Assembly: GCA_046541805.1 (NCBI GenBank) | Contig: JBKHCM010000001.1 | Location: forward strand, 20,612 to 84,611 | DNA: 64,000 nt | Origin: Alphaproteobacteria bacterium | GTDB taxonomy: Bacteria; Pseudomonadota; Alphaproteobacteria; Geminicoccales; Geminicoccaceae | Reading direction: 5' to 3' | Part shown: in pieces, positions 49,693 through 64,000 of the stretch | Layout: the number at the start of each line of letters is the position of its first letter | How positions within the stretch are numbered: the first letter of the stretch is position 1 | Notes under the pieces: model-generated | The model's input: only the letters and a program-made list of their open reading frames with translations | Told to the model about the DNA's origin: nothing | The model's database searches: none | Made by a program: the position numbers and the translations under genes

Positions 49693-49915
49693 GGGCCCTC
49701 CCCAACGCGCAGGCGACGGCGCCACGGCGGTCGCGACGTCGCCCACAAGGATCGACTTCTAGAGCTTAGCAATCCGCCGCCCCGCGCCCCCCCTCGACCT
49801 TAGCCGCTCACCCATCCGCACGACGGGGCCGGCGCGCCGGCGGTACCCTTTCGCGCGCGCGCCGGCGAGCGTATATCCGGCGCGGGTTCCTCGAGCGGAG
49901 TCGATCAGCTCTTCC

Positions 49916-50437
49916 ATGACGTGGCAACGCGCTTTCGTCCTCGCGGGCTTGGGGCTCGCCGGGCTCGTGCCGGTGTCGGTCCCCGCCGCCGAGCAGACCT
50001 TCATCGCCGCCTATCGTGACTGGGGCCTCTTCGAGTACGCCAATGACGACGAGCGGCTCTGCTTCATCACCAGCGAGCCCACGCAGCAGGACGGCGACTA
50101 CGAGCGGCGCGGGCCGCCGGCGCTGTTGGTGACCCGCGTGCCCGACGAGCCGGAGCTCGACGAGGTCAGCGTGCAGGTGGGCTACACCTTCGAGGAGGGC
50201 AGCGACGTCGAGGTGGTGGTCGATGGCGAGGAGCGCTTCGACCTCTTCACCCAGGGCGAGTACGCCTGGACGCGCAGCCCCGAGGACGACGACGCCCTGA
50301 TCGAGGCGATGAAGGCCGGCCTCGAGATGACGGTGCGCGGCACCTCGACCCGCGGCACCTATTCGCTGGACACCTATTCGCTTTTGGGCTTCACCGCCGC
50401 GTACGATGCCATGGACCGGACCTGCAGCCCCGAATGA
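49916..50437 (+). CDS. periplasmic protein, invasion-associated-locus-B (IalB)-like
   Basis: Signal peptide MTWQRAFVLAGLGLAGLVPVSVPAAEQ. The size and its position upstream of rlmN fit IalB-family proteins of alphaproteobacteria. The sequence match is by recollection only. Confidence 0.5.
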   Translation: MTWQRAFVLAGLGLAGLVPVSVPAAEQTFIAAYRDWGLFEYANDDERLCFITSEPTQQDGDYERRGPPALLVTRVPDEPELDEVSVQVGYTFEEGSDVEVVVDGEERFDLFTQGEYAWTRSPEDDDALIEAMKAGLEMTVRGTSTRGTYSLDTYSLLGFTAAYDAMDRTCSPE

Positions 50438-51561
50438 GCGCCGCCTCGCCCAGCTCGCGCCACGCCGACGGCCCGCTCGGCCTCGACCGCCCCGCGCTCG
50501 CGGCGGTGCTGGGCGAGCTCGGCGTGCCTGAGCGTCAACGGCGGATGCGCACGCAGCAGCTCTGGGGCTGGCTCTACAGGCGGGGCGCCGGCTCGTTCGC
50601 GGAGATGAGCGATCTGCCGGCGGAGCTGCGCGCCGCCCTCGCCGAGCGCCTGCCGTGGCGACGGCCGACGGTCTCGGCCGAGGAGGTCTCGCGCGACGGC
50701 ACGATCAAGTGGCTGGTCCGGCTGGGCGACGGCCGCGAGGTCGAGGCGGTCTTCATCCCCGAGCCCGACCGCGGCTCGCTCTGCATCTCGACCCAGGTCG
50801 GCTGCACGCTCGCCTGTTCTTTTTGCCACACCGGCACGATGAAGCTCGTGCGCAACCTCAGCGCGGCGGAGATCGTCGAGCAGGTCCGCCTCGCCCGCGA
50901 CCGACTGGCGGACTGGGACGAGCGGGGGCGGCGACGGCTCACCAACGTCATCGTCATGGGCATGGGCGAGCCGCTGTTCAACTGGGACAACCTGAAGGCG
51001 GCGCTGCGCCTGGTCATGGACCCGGACGGCATCAACCTCTCGCGGCGGCGGATCACGGTCTCCACCTCCGGCGTGGTGCCGCGGATCGGCGACGTCGGCG
51101 CCGAGCTTCGCACCAAGCTCGCGATCTCGCTGCACGCGGTGCGCGACGACCTCCGCGACGAGCTCGTGCCGCTCAATCGGAAGTGGCCGATCGACGCGTT
51201 GCTCGACGCCTGTCGCGCCTATCCCCACGAGGGCCGCGCGATCACCTTCGAATACGTCATGCTCGATGGCGTCAACGACGGCGACGCCGAGGCGCGCGCG
51301 CTCGTCCGCCGGCTCGAGGGTTTTCCCGCCAAGGTCAACCTCATCCCCTTCAATCCCTGGCCGGGCGCGCCTTACGCGTGCTCGCCGCGCGAGCGCATCG
51401 CCGGCTTCGCCCGCATCCTCGAGGACGCGGGCTTCCCCTCGCCGGTGCGGACCCCGCGCGGGCGCGACATCCGGGCCGCCTGCGGGCAGCTGAAGACCGC
51501 GAGCGAGCGGGCCCGGCGCGGGCCCGCGGCCGTCCGCCCCACCGTTTCGGAGACCGTTTGA
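50434..51561 (+). CDS. rlmN: 23S rRNA/tRNA (adenine-C2)-methyltransferase, radical SAM
   Basis: CISTQVGCTLACSFCHTGTMK (CxxxCxxC), MGMGEPLFNWD, ITVSTSG, RDIRAACGQL. ATGA overlap with the upstream gene. Confidence 0.95.
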   Translation: MSAASPSSRHADGPLGLDRPALAAVLGELGVPERQRRMRTQQLWGWLYRRGAGSFAEMSDLPAELRAALAERLPWRRPTVSAEEVSRDGTIKWLVRLGDGREVEAVFIPEPDRGSLCISTQVGCTLACSFCHTGTMKLVRNLSAAEIVEQVRLARDRLADWDERGRRRLTNVIVMGMGEPLFNWDNLKAALRLVMDPDGINLSRRRITVSTSGVVPRIGDVGAELRTKLAISLHAVRDDLRDELVPLNRKWPIDALLDACRAYPHEGRAITFEYVMLDGVNDGDAEARALVRRLEGFPAKVNLIPFNPWPGAPYACSPRERIAGFARILEDAGFPSPVRTPRGRDIRAACGQLKTASERARRGPAAVRPTVSETV

Positions 51562-51562
51562 G

Positions 51563-53305
51563 ATGCGCGCGATCGGCCGCTGGTTCGCCCGGCTCGTCAC
51601 CGGGCTGGCCTTCGCCTGCCTTCTGCTCGTCGTCACCTTGGTCGGTCTGGGCTGGTGGGGGGCCTCGCGCCTGGACGAGCGCGAGGTCGCGGTCCCCGAG
51701 AACGTCGTCCTCGTCGCCGACTGGCGCGGCGGTGTGGCGGAAAAGAGCCGTGGGCCGACGCCGTTCGCCGCCCTCGGGCTCGACGGCGAGCCACCGTTGC
51801 CGGATGTGCTGCGCGCGCTGGAGCGCGCCGCCGACGACCCGCGCGTGCGCGGGCTGGTCGTGCGCACCGACGGCGCCGGCTTCGGCCTGGCCCAGGCCTG
51901 GGAGCTGCGCCGGGCGGTGCAGAGGCTGAACGAGGCGGGCAAGTTCACCGCGATCTACGCGGACACCCTGGGCGAGCTGCAGGGCGGTATGGTGGGCACC
52001 TACCTCGCTTCCGCCTTCGAGCACGTTCAGCTCCAGCCCCTGGGCTCGGTCGGCTTCACCGGGCTGAGGCGCGAGCAACCCTATCTCGAGCGGCTGTTGG
52101 ACGAGCTCGAGATCGAGTTTCAGGTGGTCAAGCGCGAGGCCTTCAAATCGGCGTTGGAGAGCTTGACCCGGGCCGGGCCCTCGCCCGAGAGCGAGGCCAT
52201 GACCGAAGCGCTGCTCGACGGCCTCTTCGCCGAGTTCGTCGACGGCGTGGCCGCGGGTCGTGGGCTGGACCCGAAGGCGGTGCGCGCCGCCATCGACGCG
52301 GCACCGCTCCTCGCCGAGGACGCCCGCGAGCGCGGGCTGATCGACGCCGTCGCGCACCTCCCCGAACTCGAGACCACCGCCGCGGAGGCCACCGGCACCG
52401 ACGAGCGCCTGCCGCTCGCGGGCTATCTCAGGAGCGACGCCTTCGCCGCCGCCGAGGAGGCGCCGGTGGTGGGCTTCGTGCACGCCGTGGGCCAGATCCG
52501 GCGCGGCGACAGCGACGACCCGTTCGGCGAGCTGGAGATCGCGGGCGACACCGTGGCCGGAGCCATCGACGCGGCGCGCGAGGCCGAGGTCGACGCGCTC
52601 TTGTTGCGGGTGAGCTCGCCCGGCGGCTCGGCCGTGGCCTCCGAGACGGTCGGCGCCGCCGTCCGCCGCGCCAAGGACGCCGGGATTCCCGTCATCGTGT
52701 CGATGGGCGACGTCGCCGCCTCGGGCGGCTACTGGATCGCGATGGACGCCGACCGCATCCTCGCGGCACCGACGACGCTCACCGGCTCGATCGGCGTCAT
52801 CCTCGGCAAGCCGGCCTTCGGCGCGTTCCTGGACGATCTCGGCATCGACGTCGACGGCTCCGGCCGCGGCGCCAACGCCGGGCTCGGCTCGCTGGTGGAG
52901 ACCTGGGACGAGCGCGAGCTCGCCAAGGTCAACAGCCTCGTCGACGATCTCTACGACGCGTTTCTCGAGGGTGTCGCGCGCGGGCGCGGCATGGAGGCGG
53001 CCGCGGTCCGCGGCGTCGCCGGTGGCCGCGTCTGGCTCGGCCAACAGGCGGTGGCCAACGGGCTCGTCGACGAGATCGGCGGGTTCAACGACGCGGTCAT
53101 GGCGGTGCGCACCGCGCTCGACGTGGCGCCGGACGACGCGCTGACGGTGCAGGCCTTTCCGCGCCCCCGCGGCCCCTTGCCCGCCGCGCTCGAGGCGCTC
53201 GAGCGCTTCACCCGGATCACGGGCGAGCTCGACGCGCGCTGGCACCAGCTCACGGCCCGCCCCGAACTCCGCTTCCAGGCCCCGGCGCTGCCCGGCGACC
53301 GCTGA
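51563..53305 (+). CDS. sppA: signal peptide peptidase SppA, 67K (two-domain S49) type
   Basis: N-terminal TM segment. Two ClpP/S49-like halves. VIVSMGDVAASGGYWIAMDADRI (Ser nucleophile region), GSIGV. Confidence 0.85.
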   Translation: MRAIGRWFARLVTGLAFACLLLVVTLVGLGWWGASRLDEREVAVPENVVLVADWRGGVAEKSRGPTPFAALGLDGEPPLPDVLRALERAADDPRVRGLVVRTDGAGFGLAQAWELRRAVQRLNEAGKFTAIYADTLGELQGGMVGTYLASAFEHVQLQPLGSVGFTGLRREQPYLERLLDELEIEFQVVKREAFKSALESLTRAGPSPESEAMTEALLDGLFAEFVDGVAAGRGLDPKAVRAAIDAAPLLAEDARERGLIDAVAHLPELETTAAEATGTDERLPLAGYLRSDAFAAAEEAPVVGFVHAVGQIRRGDSDDPFGELEIAGDTVAGAIDAAREAEVDALLLRVSSPGGSAVASETVGAAVRRAKDAGIPVIVSMGDVAASGGYWIAMDADRILAAPTTLTGSIGVILGKPAFGAFLDDLGIDVDGSGRGANAGLGSLVETWDERELAKVNSLVDDLYDAFLEGVARGRGMEAAAVRGVAGGRVWLGQQAVANGLVDEIGGFNDAVMAVRTALDVAPDDALTVQAFPRPRGPLPAALEALERFTRITGELDARWHQLTARPELRFQAPALPGDR

Positions 53306-54125
53306 CGCCGGCGCCGGCGAGGTCGCGCACGGCGCAGCGGCGAACCGGCCGACGGCGGATGCGGCGATGGAGCTGTCGAGCGCGTCGCGTCGATCGTCGG
53401 ATCTTGCAGCGACCGGTACGCCGCGGCGACCGGCAGCGATCCCGGCGCCGAGGACGCTCGTCCGCTGCACCGCTCACTCGAGCTCACGGCGAAACGGACC
53501 GCAAGCCAAGGTCGCGACGGCCAGGGGAGCGATCCGGGCTGACACCGGATCGGCGACGTCGACGACGCCCGGCGGCGGGCGTTGGCGTCGGCCGAACGGG
53601 CGGCGAGCGGCGCCGCGGACGACCCGCCGGGCCCGGCGATGCCGGGCGCCGTCCCCACCTTCGCCCGCCACGACGGCACGGCCCGCGTCCCGTCGAGGGC
53701 GCTCGGGCGCGATTCGACCTCGGCCTCGCCAGCGCGCGGCAGCGACGGGCGAGGACAGCGCCGCCGCCGATCCCTTCATCCGCGCGCCGGAGGCGCGGCC
53801 GCACGCGGCTTGGATGGACCGCAACCTCGCCCCGGCCCGGCGCGGGGCGCCATGCGGAGGCCGAGGCGGCGTGCCGCAACGGTTGGCGCGCGACCCGGCG
53901 CTGACGACCCGCCGGTACCGCGAGGCGAGGGTGGTCTCGCCGCGCGCGCTGGACCGGATCCGCGCCCAGCTGCGCGCTCGGCGTGCGACAGACGCGACGC
54001 CGGCGGCACGCCGTACGCTAGCGCGCGCTCGCGCGCCGCGCCGCGACGCGCCGGTGACGCGCTCTTTCGAGAGCCCGACGCGCCCGCTATAACCCGCGCT
54101 CGATCCGTCTTCGTGTGAGCCCTCC

Positions 54126-55181
<1,056 letters not shown>

Positions 55182-55205
55182 GCTTTACCGGAGCAGCCGT
55201 CCGCG

Positions 55206-57848
<2,643 letters not shown>

Positions 57849-57922
57849 GTGCGCCGGGGCTTGCCAGCGGGCCCGGACACATTCAACGAAGAGGAAAGCA
57901 CTCTCGCGGGGGAGGAATCGCC

Positions 57923-59083
57923 GTGTTCTACCCATGGTACGAGTGGCAACGCGGGCTCTGGTCGCCGGTCCTCGAGGCGACCGCCTGGGCCGCCCGGCCG
58001 GCCCAGCTGATCGCGCCCCTTCAGCTCGCCGGCGAGGATCTGGCCCGCCGGCTCGCCCGCGCCGGCGAGCCGGTGGAGAGCGATCTCGGCGCCTTCGTGC
58101 GCGGTGACGTCGGCGGCCCGTTCGACAGCAGCGCGCGCGAGCTCGGGCCGTTCGCGACGCTGTGGCGGTTTCGCGGGCCCCGCGGCGGCGGCGCGCCGGT
58201 GGTCCTGGTGCCGCCGTCCTCGGGCTACGCCTGCGGCGTCACCAGCCCGTTGATCGCGACGATGCTCCGCCACCGCCCCGTCCTGGCGCTGGACTGGAAG
58301 GACGCGCGCCTCGTCCCGCCGCAGGCGGGTCCCTTCGGCCTCGGCGATCAGGTGGCGGCGGTCGAGCGCGCGGTGGCCGACGCCGGGCCCGGTGCCATCG
58401 TCGTCGGCCTCTCGCAGTCGGTGACGGCGGCGGTCGCCGGTGCCGCGCTCGCCGCCGAGGAGAGCACCGCACCGGGGGCGCTGGTCCTCTTGGCCGGGCC
58501 GTTCGACACCCGCGGGGGCAAGGACGCCTTGAGCCTGTTCTTGCGCAACCAACCGCTGGCGGCGATCGAGGCGCAGTTCACGACCTTCGTGCCGCGGCGC
58601 TATCCCGGGGCGGGGCGGCGGGTCTATCCGGGCCTGTTGCACCTCTTCGCCTACGCTTTCGGCAACAGCCCCGCCTATCTGGAGATGCAGGCGGGGCTGA
58701 TCGCCGAGCTCGTCGCCGGCGAGCCGGGCGAGCGCGCCCGCGAGCACCGCGACCTGCACAGCCTCGCCGACGTCCCCGCCGAGCTCTTCTTGGACACCAT
58801 CTCTGCGGTCTACCGCGAGCACGGGTTGGTGACCAACCGGCTCGCCTTCCACGGCCGCCGCGTCGACCTCGCCGCGCTGGAGGGCGTGCAGCTGTTGACC
58901 GTGGAGATGACCGCCGACGAGTTCGTCGGCAAGGGCCAGGTCCACGCCGCCGTCGACCATCTGCGACACGGCGGCGCCCGCCGGGTGACCGTGGAGGGCG
59001 GCCGCCACCACGAGGTCTTCACCGGCGAGCGCTTCTTCGCCGCGGTGGCACCGCATCTGGACCACCTGATGGAGGCTGCATGA
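57923..59083 (+). CDS. phaZ: intracellular polyhydroxyalkanoate (PHB) depolymerase PhaZ
   Basis: ORF 57845..59083. GTG 57923 follows GGGGGAGGA. VFYPWYEWQRGLWSPVLEATAWAA resembles MLYQLHEFQRSILHPLTAWAQA of Ralstonia PhaZa1. YPGAGRRVYPGLL resembles YPGHGRRVYPGFL. Confidence 0.8.
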   Translation: MFYPWYEWQRGLWSPVLEATAWAARPAQLIAPLQLAGEDLARRLARAGEPVESDLGAFVRGDVGGPFDSSARELGPFATLWRFRGPRGGGAPVVLVPPSSGYACGVTSPLIATMLRHRPVLALDWKDARLVPPQAGPFGLGDQVAAVERAVADAGPGAIVVGLSQSVTAAVAGAALAAEESTAPGALVLLAGPFDTRGGKDALSLFLRNQPLAAIEAQFTTFVPRRYPGAGRRVYPGLLHLFAYAFGNSPAYLEMQAGLIAELVAGEPGERAREHRDLHSLADVPAELFLDTISAVYREHGLVTNRLAFHGRRVDLAALEGVQLLTVEMTADEFVGKGQVHAAVDHLRHGGARRVTVEGGRHHEVFTGERFFAAVAPHLDHLMEAA

Positions 59084-59547
59084 CCGCCTACCGGGTGCTG
59101 TTCGTCTGCACCGGCAACATCTGTCGCTCGCCGACCGCCGAGGCGCTGTTGCGCCACCATGCTGTCGATCTTCCGATCGCGTCGGACAGCTGCGGGATCA
59201 GCGCGGAGGAGGCGGGCAACCCGCCGCACCCGATGACCGTCGCCGAGGCCGAGCGCCGGGGCGTCGCCATGCCCGACCGCCGCGCGCGGCGGATCACCGC
59301 CGCCGACTTCGCGGCGAGCGATCTCGTGGTGGCGATGACCCGCGGCCACGAGGCGCGGCTGTTACGGCTCAAGCCCGACGGGGCGCGCGGCGAGATCCGC
59401 CGGATGATGAGCTTCGCGCCCGGCCTCGAGGACCAGGACGTGCCCGATCCCTGGTACGGCGACCGCAGCGCGTACGTGCACGCCTTCGACCTGATCGAGC
59501 AGGGCGTGCTGGGCCTCATCGACGCGCTCAGGCCACGTCTTGGTTGA
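59080..59547 (+). CDS. low-molecular-weight protein-tyrosine phosphatase
   Basis: VLFVCTGNICRSPTAEAL (CX5R(S/T) P-loop), DPWYG (DP loop). ATGA overlap with phaZ. Confidence 0.85.
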   Translation: MTAYRVLFVCTGNICRSPTAEALLRHHAVDLPIASDSCGISAEEAGNPPHPMTVAEAERRGVAMPDRRARRITAADFAASDLVVAMTRGHEARLLRLKPDGARGEIRRMMSFAPGLEDQDVPDPWYGDRSAYVHAFDLIEQGVLGLIDALRPRLG

Positions 59548-60388
59548 GGCGGCGACGCTGCTCGGCCGCCGGGTCGAGCGCTTGCGGCGGCTCGGCGGCG
59601 GCTGCCTCTTCGACGTCCGCGCCGCCGATCTCGACGACGGCACCCGCGTCGTCGTCAAGTCGGGCGCCGGCGGGATCGCCGGCCAGCTGGCGCTCGAAGC
59701 GCGCATGCTCGCCGATCTGCGCGCCGCCGAGGTCGCGGTGCCCGAGGTTCTCGCCGTCGACGACGATCGGCTCGTCTTGAGCTGGATCGACCACGACGGC
59801 GGTGGGCTGGACCGCGCCGGGCGCGCCACGCTCGCCGATCAGCTGGCGGCGCTGCACGCCCGGCCGCAGCCCGGTGGCTTCGGCTACGACTACGACACGG
59901 TGATCGGCAGCCTGCCGCAGCCCAACCCGGCCGCGCCCAGCTGGTGCGCCTTCTTCCGCGCGCACCGCCTGCTCGGCCCGGCCGAGCGCGCGCGCGAGGA
60001 GGGGCTCTTGGACGCCGGGCTCCACCGCCGGCTGGAGGCGCTCGCCGCGCGGCTGGAGGAGCTGATCGTCGAGCCCCCACAGCCCGAGCTGCTCCACGGC
60101 GATCTCTGGGCCGGCAACGTCCTCGCCAAGGGCGGCCGGCCGGTCGCCTGGATCGACCCGGCGGTCTACCGCGGTCACGGCGAGATGGAGCTGGCCTTCG
60201 CCCTCCTGTTCGGTCCGCTCGATCGCCGCAGCGTCGAGCGCTACGCCGAGCGGCGGCCGCTCGCGCCGGGCTTTGAGCCCACGCGCTGCGCGATCTACCA
60301 GCTCTACCACCTGCTGAATCATCTGCGCCTGTTCGGCCGGGGCTATCTCGGCGGGATCGCCAACCGGCTGGAAAGCCTTGGCCTTTAA
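59540..60388 (+). CDS. fructosamine/ketosamine-3-kinase family protein
   Basis: LGGGCLFDV, LEARMLADL, GFGYDYDTVIGSLPQPN, LLHGDLWAGNVL, DPAVYRGHGEMELA. TTG start overlaps the phosphatase gene by 8 nt. Confidence 0.8.
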   Translation: MVEAATLLGRRVERLRRLGGGCLFDVRAADLDDGTRVVVKSGAGGIAGQLALEARMLADLRAAEVAVPEVLAVDDDRLVLSWIDHDGGGLDRAGRATLADQLAALHARPQPGGFGYDYDTVIGSLPQPNPAAPSWCAFFRAHRLLGPAERAREEGLLDAGLHRRLEALAARLEELIVEPPQPELLHGDLWAGNVLAKGGRPVAWIDPAVYRGHGEMELAFALLFGPLDRRSVERYAERRPLAPGFEPTRCAIYQLYHLLNHLRLFGRGYLGGIANRLESLGL

Positions 60389-60457
60389 GTCGCGAGCGGT
60401 CAGCTTGCCCGAAGACGAGGGTTCGCGTATGAGTTGATTTCAACAGGAGCTCGACCC

Positions 60458-61297
60458 ATGCCCGAGACCGCCGCCCGCAACGTCATCCGCACCATCGCCG
60501 ACGCCGACGCCGCCGTCGCCGGCATCGGCCCATCCGGCCGCGCCGGCGGCTGGGGGCGGGCGGCGAGCGGCGATGCCGGGCTCGCCGAGCCGCGCGCCGG
60601 CGGCTTCGAGGTCGATCGGCTGTTCGCCGGGGTCGGGCCCAACCATCTCTTGGCGCGGCTGACGGGCGAGGGGACGGGCGAGCTCGACGACGTCGACATG
60701 CTCGAGGTCCTGCTCTTTCTCTCGGGCTGCCGTGGCGAGGCCCGCGCGGTGGCGACACGGCTGGTCGAGCGCTTCGGTTCGCTCGGCGGCGTGCTCGGGG
60801 CGACGACGCTGCAGCTGCGCCGGCTCGAGGGTGTGAGCGAGACCACGATCTCGATGCTGAAGGCGACCCAGGCGGCGCTCAGGCGGGTCCTGCGCGGACC
60901 CTTGGAGGAGCCGATCACGATCGGCTCTTGGCGGGCGCTCACCGACTATCTCGGCGTCGACATGCGCTACGAGCGGGTGGAGACGCTGCGTCTGCTCTTT
61001 CTCGACCGCAAGAACCACCTGATCCGCGACGAGACCATGCATCGCGGCACGGTCGACCATACGCCGCTCTATCCCCGCGAGGTGGCGCGCCGCGCCCTCG
61101 AGCTGCAGGCCTCGGCGCTGATCATGGCGCACAACCACCCTTCGGGCGATCCGAGCCCCTCCACCACCGACATCGAGACCACCAAGCAGGTCCAACAGGC
61201 GCTCGCGGTCCTCGGTGTCACCCTCCACGACCACATCATCCTCGCGCGCCGTGGCGTCCGCAGCCTGCGGACGCTCGGCTACATCGCGACACGTTGA
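60458..61297 (+). CDS. radC: RadC-family (JAMM/MPN+) protein
   Basis: ATG 60458 follows AGGAG. LLEVLLF-type HhH region. JAMM motif IMAHNHPSGDPSPSTTDIETTKQ. Confidence 0.85.
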   Translation: MPETAARNVIRTIADADAAVAGIGPSGRAGGWGRAASGDAGLAEPRAGGFEVDRLFAGVGPNHLLARLTGEGTGELDDVDMLEVLLFLSGCRGEARAVATRLVERFGSLGGVLGATTLQLRRLEGVSETTISMLKATQAALRRVLRGPLEEPITIGSWRALTDYLGVDMRYERVETLRLLFLDRKNHLIRDETMHRGTVDHTPLYPREVARRALELQASALIMAHNHPSGDPSPSTTDIETTKQVQQALAVLGVTLHDHIILARRGVRSLRTLGYIATR

Positions 61298-61725
61298 TGC
61301 ACCCCGCGCGCTCATGCGTCGACGCGAGGCTCGGCGATGGTAGCTAAGAGCTGGGTTCGCCGTCGACGAACGCACCCGGACCGAGCCGATGCCGGTAACG
61401 GAGATCGCGATGACGGGGGCTGAGCCGCGCGGGGGCGCCGCGCGCGACCTCGCCCAACCCGACGCGATGCGCGTCGAGGTGAACGCCGACGCGGCGGGTG
61501 AAGGTGCTGTCGACGACTACCGACGGCGCCGCGCCGGTCGCGCCGGCCACGGCGTCGGCGCGCCGGCTGACATCGCGCGCCGCCCGACGCCGGACACCCG
61601 CGGAGCCGCGCCGGTGGCGTCCACCGTGGTCTCAGGTCTTGCCTTGGCGAGGCTTGCGTTTTCTGCCATGTCTTTGGCAGTGCAGCATAAGCTGCGAGAC
61701 GGGTCCTGCTGGAAGGGGTGACGCG

Positions 61726-62166
61726 GTGGTCGACAGCGCGGGGTACTACATCGACGATCTCGAGGTCGGCATGTCGGCGGTGTTCGGCAAGACCATCACC
61801 GAGGCCGACATCCTGATGTTCTCGGGCGTTTCCGGCGACACGAACCCTGTGCACCTGGACGAGGAATACGCCGGCTCGACGATGTTCGAGGGCCGGATCG
61901 CTCACGGCATCCTGGTCGGCAGCCTGATCTCGACGGTGCTCGGGACCCGATTGCCGGGGCCGGGCGCGATCTATGTCAGCCAGAACCTGAAGTTTTTGGC
62001 GCCGGTACGTGCCGGCGATACCGTCCGCGCCCGGGCGACGGTCACCGAGATCGACGTCGAGAAGAAGCGCGTCAAGATGGATACCGCCTGCTTCATCGGC
62101 GATCGCGCCGTCGTCACCGGCGAGGCCGTGCTGATGGTCCGGCGCCGGCCCAAGCCCAAGGAGTGA
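61726..62166 (+). CDS. MaoC-like (R)-specific enoyl-CoA hydratase (PhaJ-type hot-dog fold)
   Basis: Tail of ORF 61498..62166. GTG 61726 follows GGAAGGGG. FSGVSGDTNPVHLDEEYAGSTMFEGRIAHG (hydratase-2 motif). Confidence 0.8.
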   Translation: MVDSAGYYIDDLEVGMSAVFGKTITEADILMFSGVSGDTNPVHLDEEYAGSTMFEGRIAHGILVGSLISTVLGTRLPGPGAIYVSQNLKFLAPVRAGDTVRARATVTEIDVEKKRVKMDTACFIGDRAVVTGEAVLMVRRRPKPKE

Positions 62167-62172
62167 CGCGGC

Positions 62173-64000
<1,828 letters not shown>

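Noticed and set aside
54000-54125. LexA/SOS box upstream of recA
   Set aside because: I looked for alphaproteobacterial GTTC-N7-GTTC / GAAC-N7-GAAC and for E. coli-type CTGT-N8-ACAG. Neither is present in the 125 nt before the start, so no site is claimed.

Overview
High-GC (by eye about two-thirds or more G+C, not computed) alphaproteobacterium-like chromosomal segment. It is densely packed with about 60 mostly housekeeping genes. I found no rRNA, tRNA, CRISPR array, transposase or integrase. Confidently recognisable genes: glmM, hemE, hemJ, rho, maf, coaE, dnaQ, icd, hslVU, oxyR-katG, an OppBCDF-type peptide ABC transporter, a DsbD-family reductase, a cytochrome P450, rlmN, sppA, recA, alaS, phaZ and radC. 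Main second-look items: (1) the 414-bp gap between a DUF299/ppsR-like gene and hemE has the synteny and DnaA-box-like 9-mers expected of the alphaproteobacterial chromosomal origin; (2) an uncharacterised two-gene module at 2527-5306 pairs a PEPCK/HPr-kinase-like P-loop protein with an atypical protein-kinase-fold protein, behind a perfect 15-bp palindrome and next to a ScfR/RamB-class regulator; (3) an AT-rich island at 28491-28734 ends in an orphan intrinsic terminator and carries a CUUCCCUCCC motif, making it an sRNA or leader candidate upstream of hslVU; (4) an ~820-bp GC-rich stretch upstream of recA has no credible ORF; (5) several stretches look like coding DNA but have broken reading frames, including a frameshifted tandem USP gene; (6) a NosP-like FIST sensor is coupled to a hybrid histidine kinase next to a LuxR-type regulator. 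All calls come from reading the translations and the sequence by eye. Family names come from recalled motifs, not searches. Start codons were chosen from RBS and frame logic and may be off. Many long ORFs in the track are antisense artefacts of high GC and are not reported as genes.
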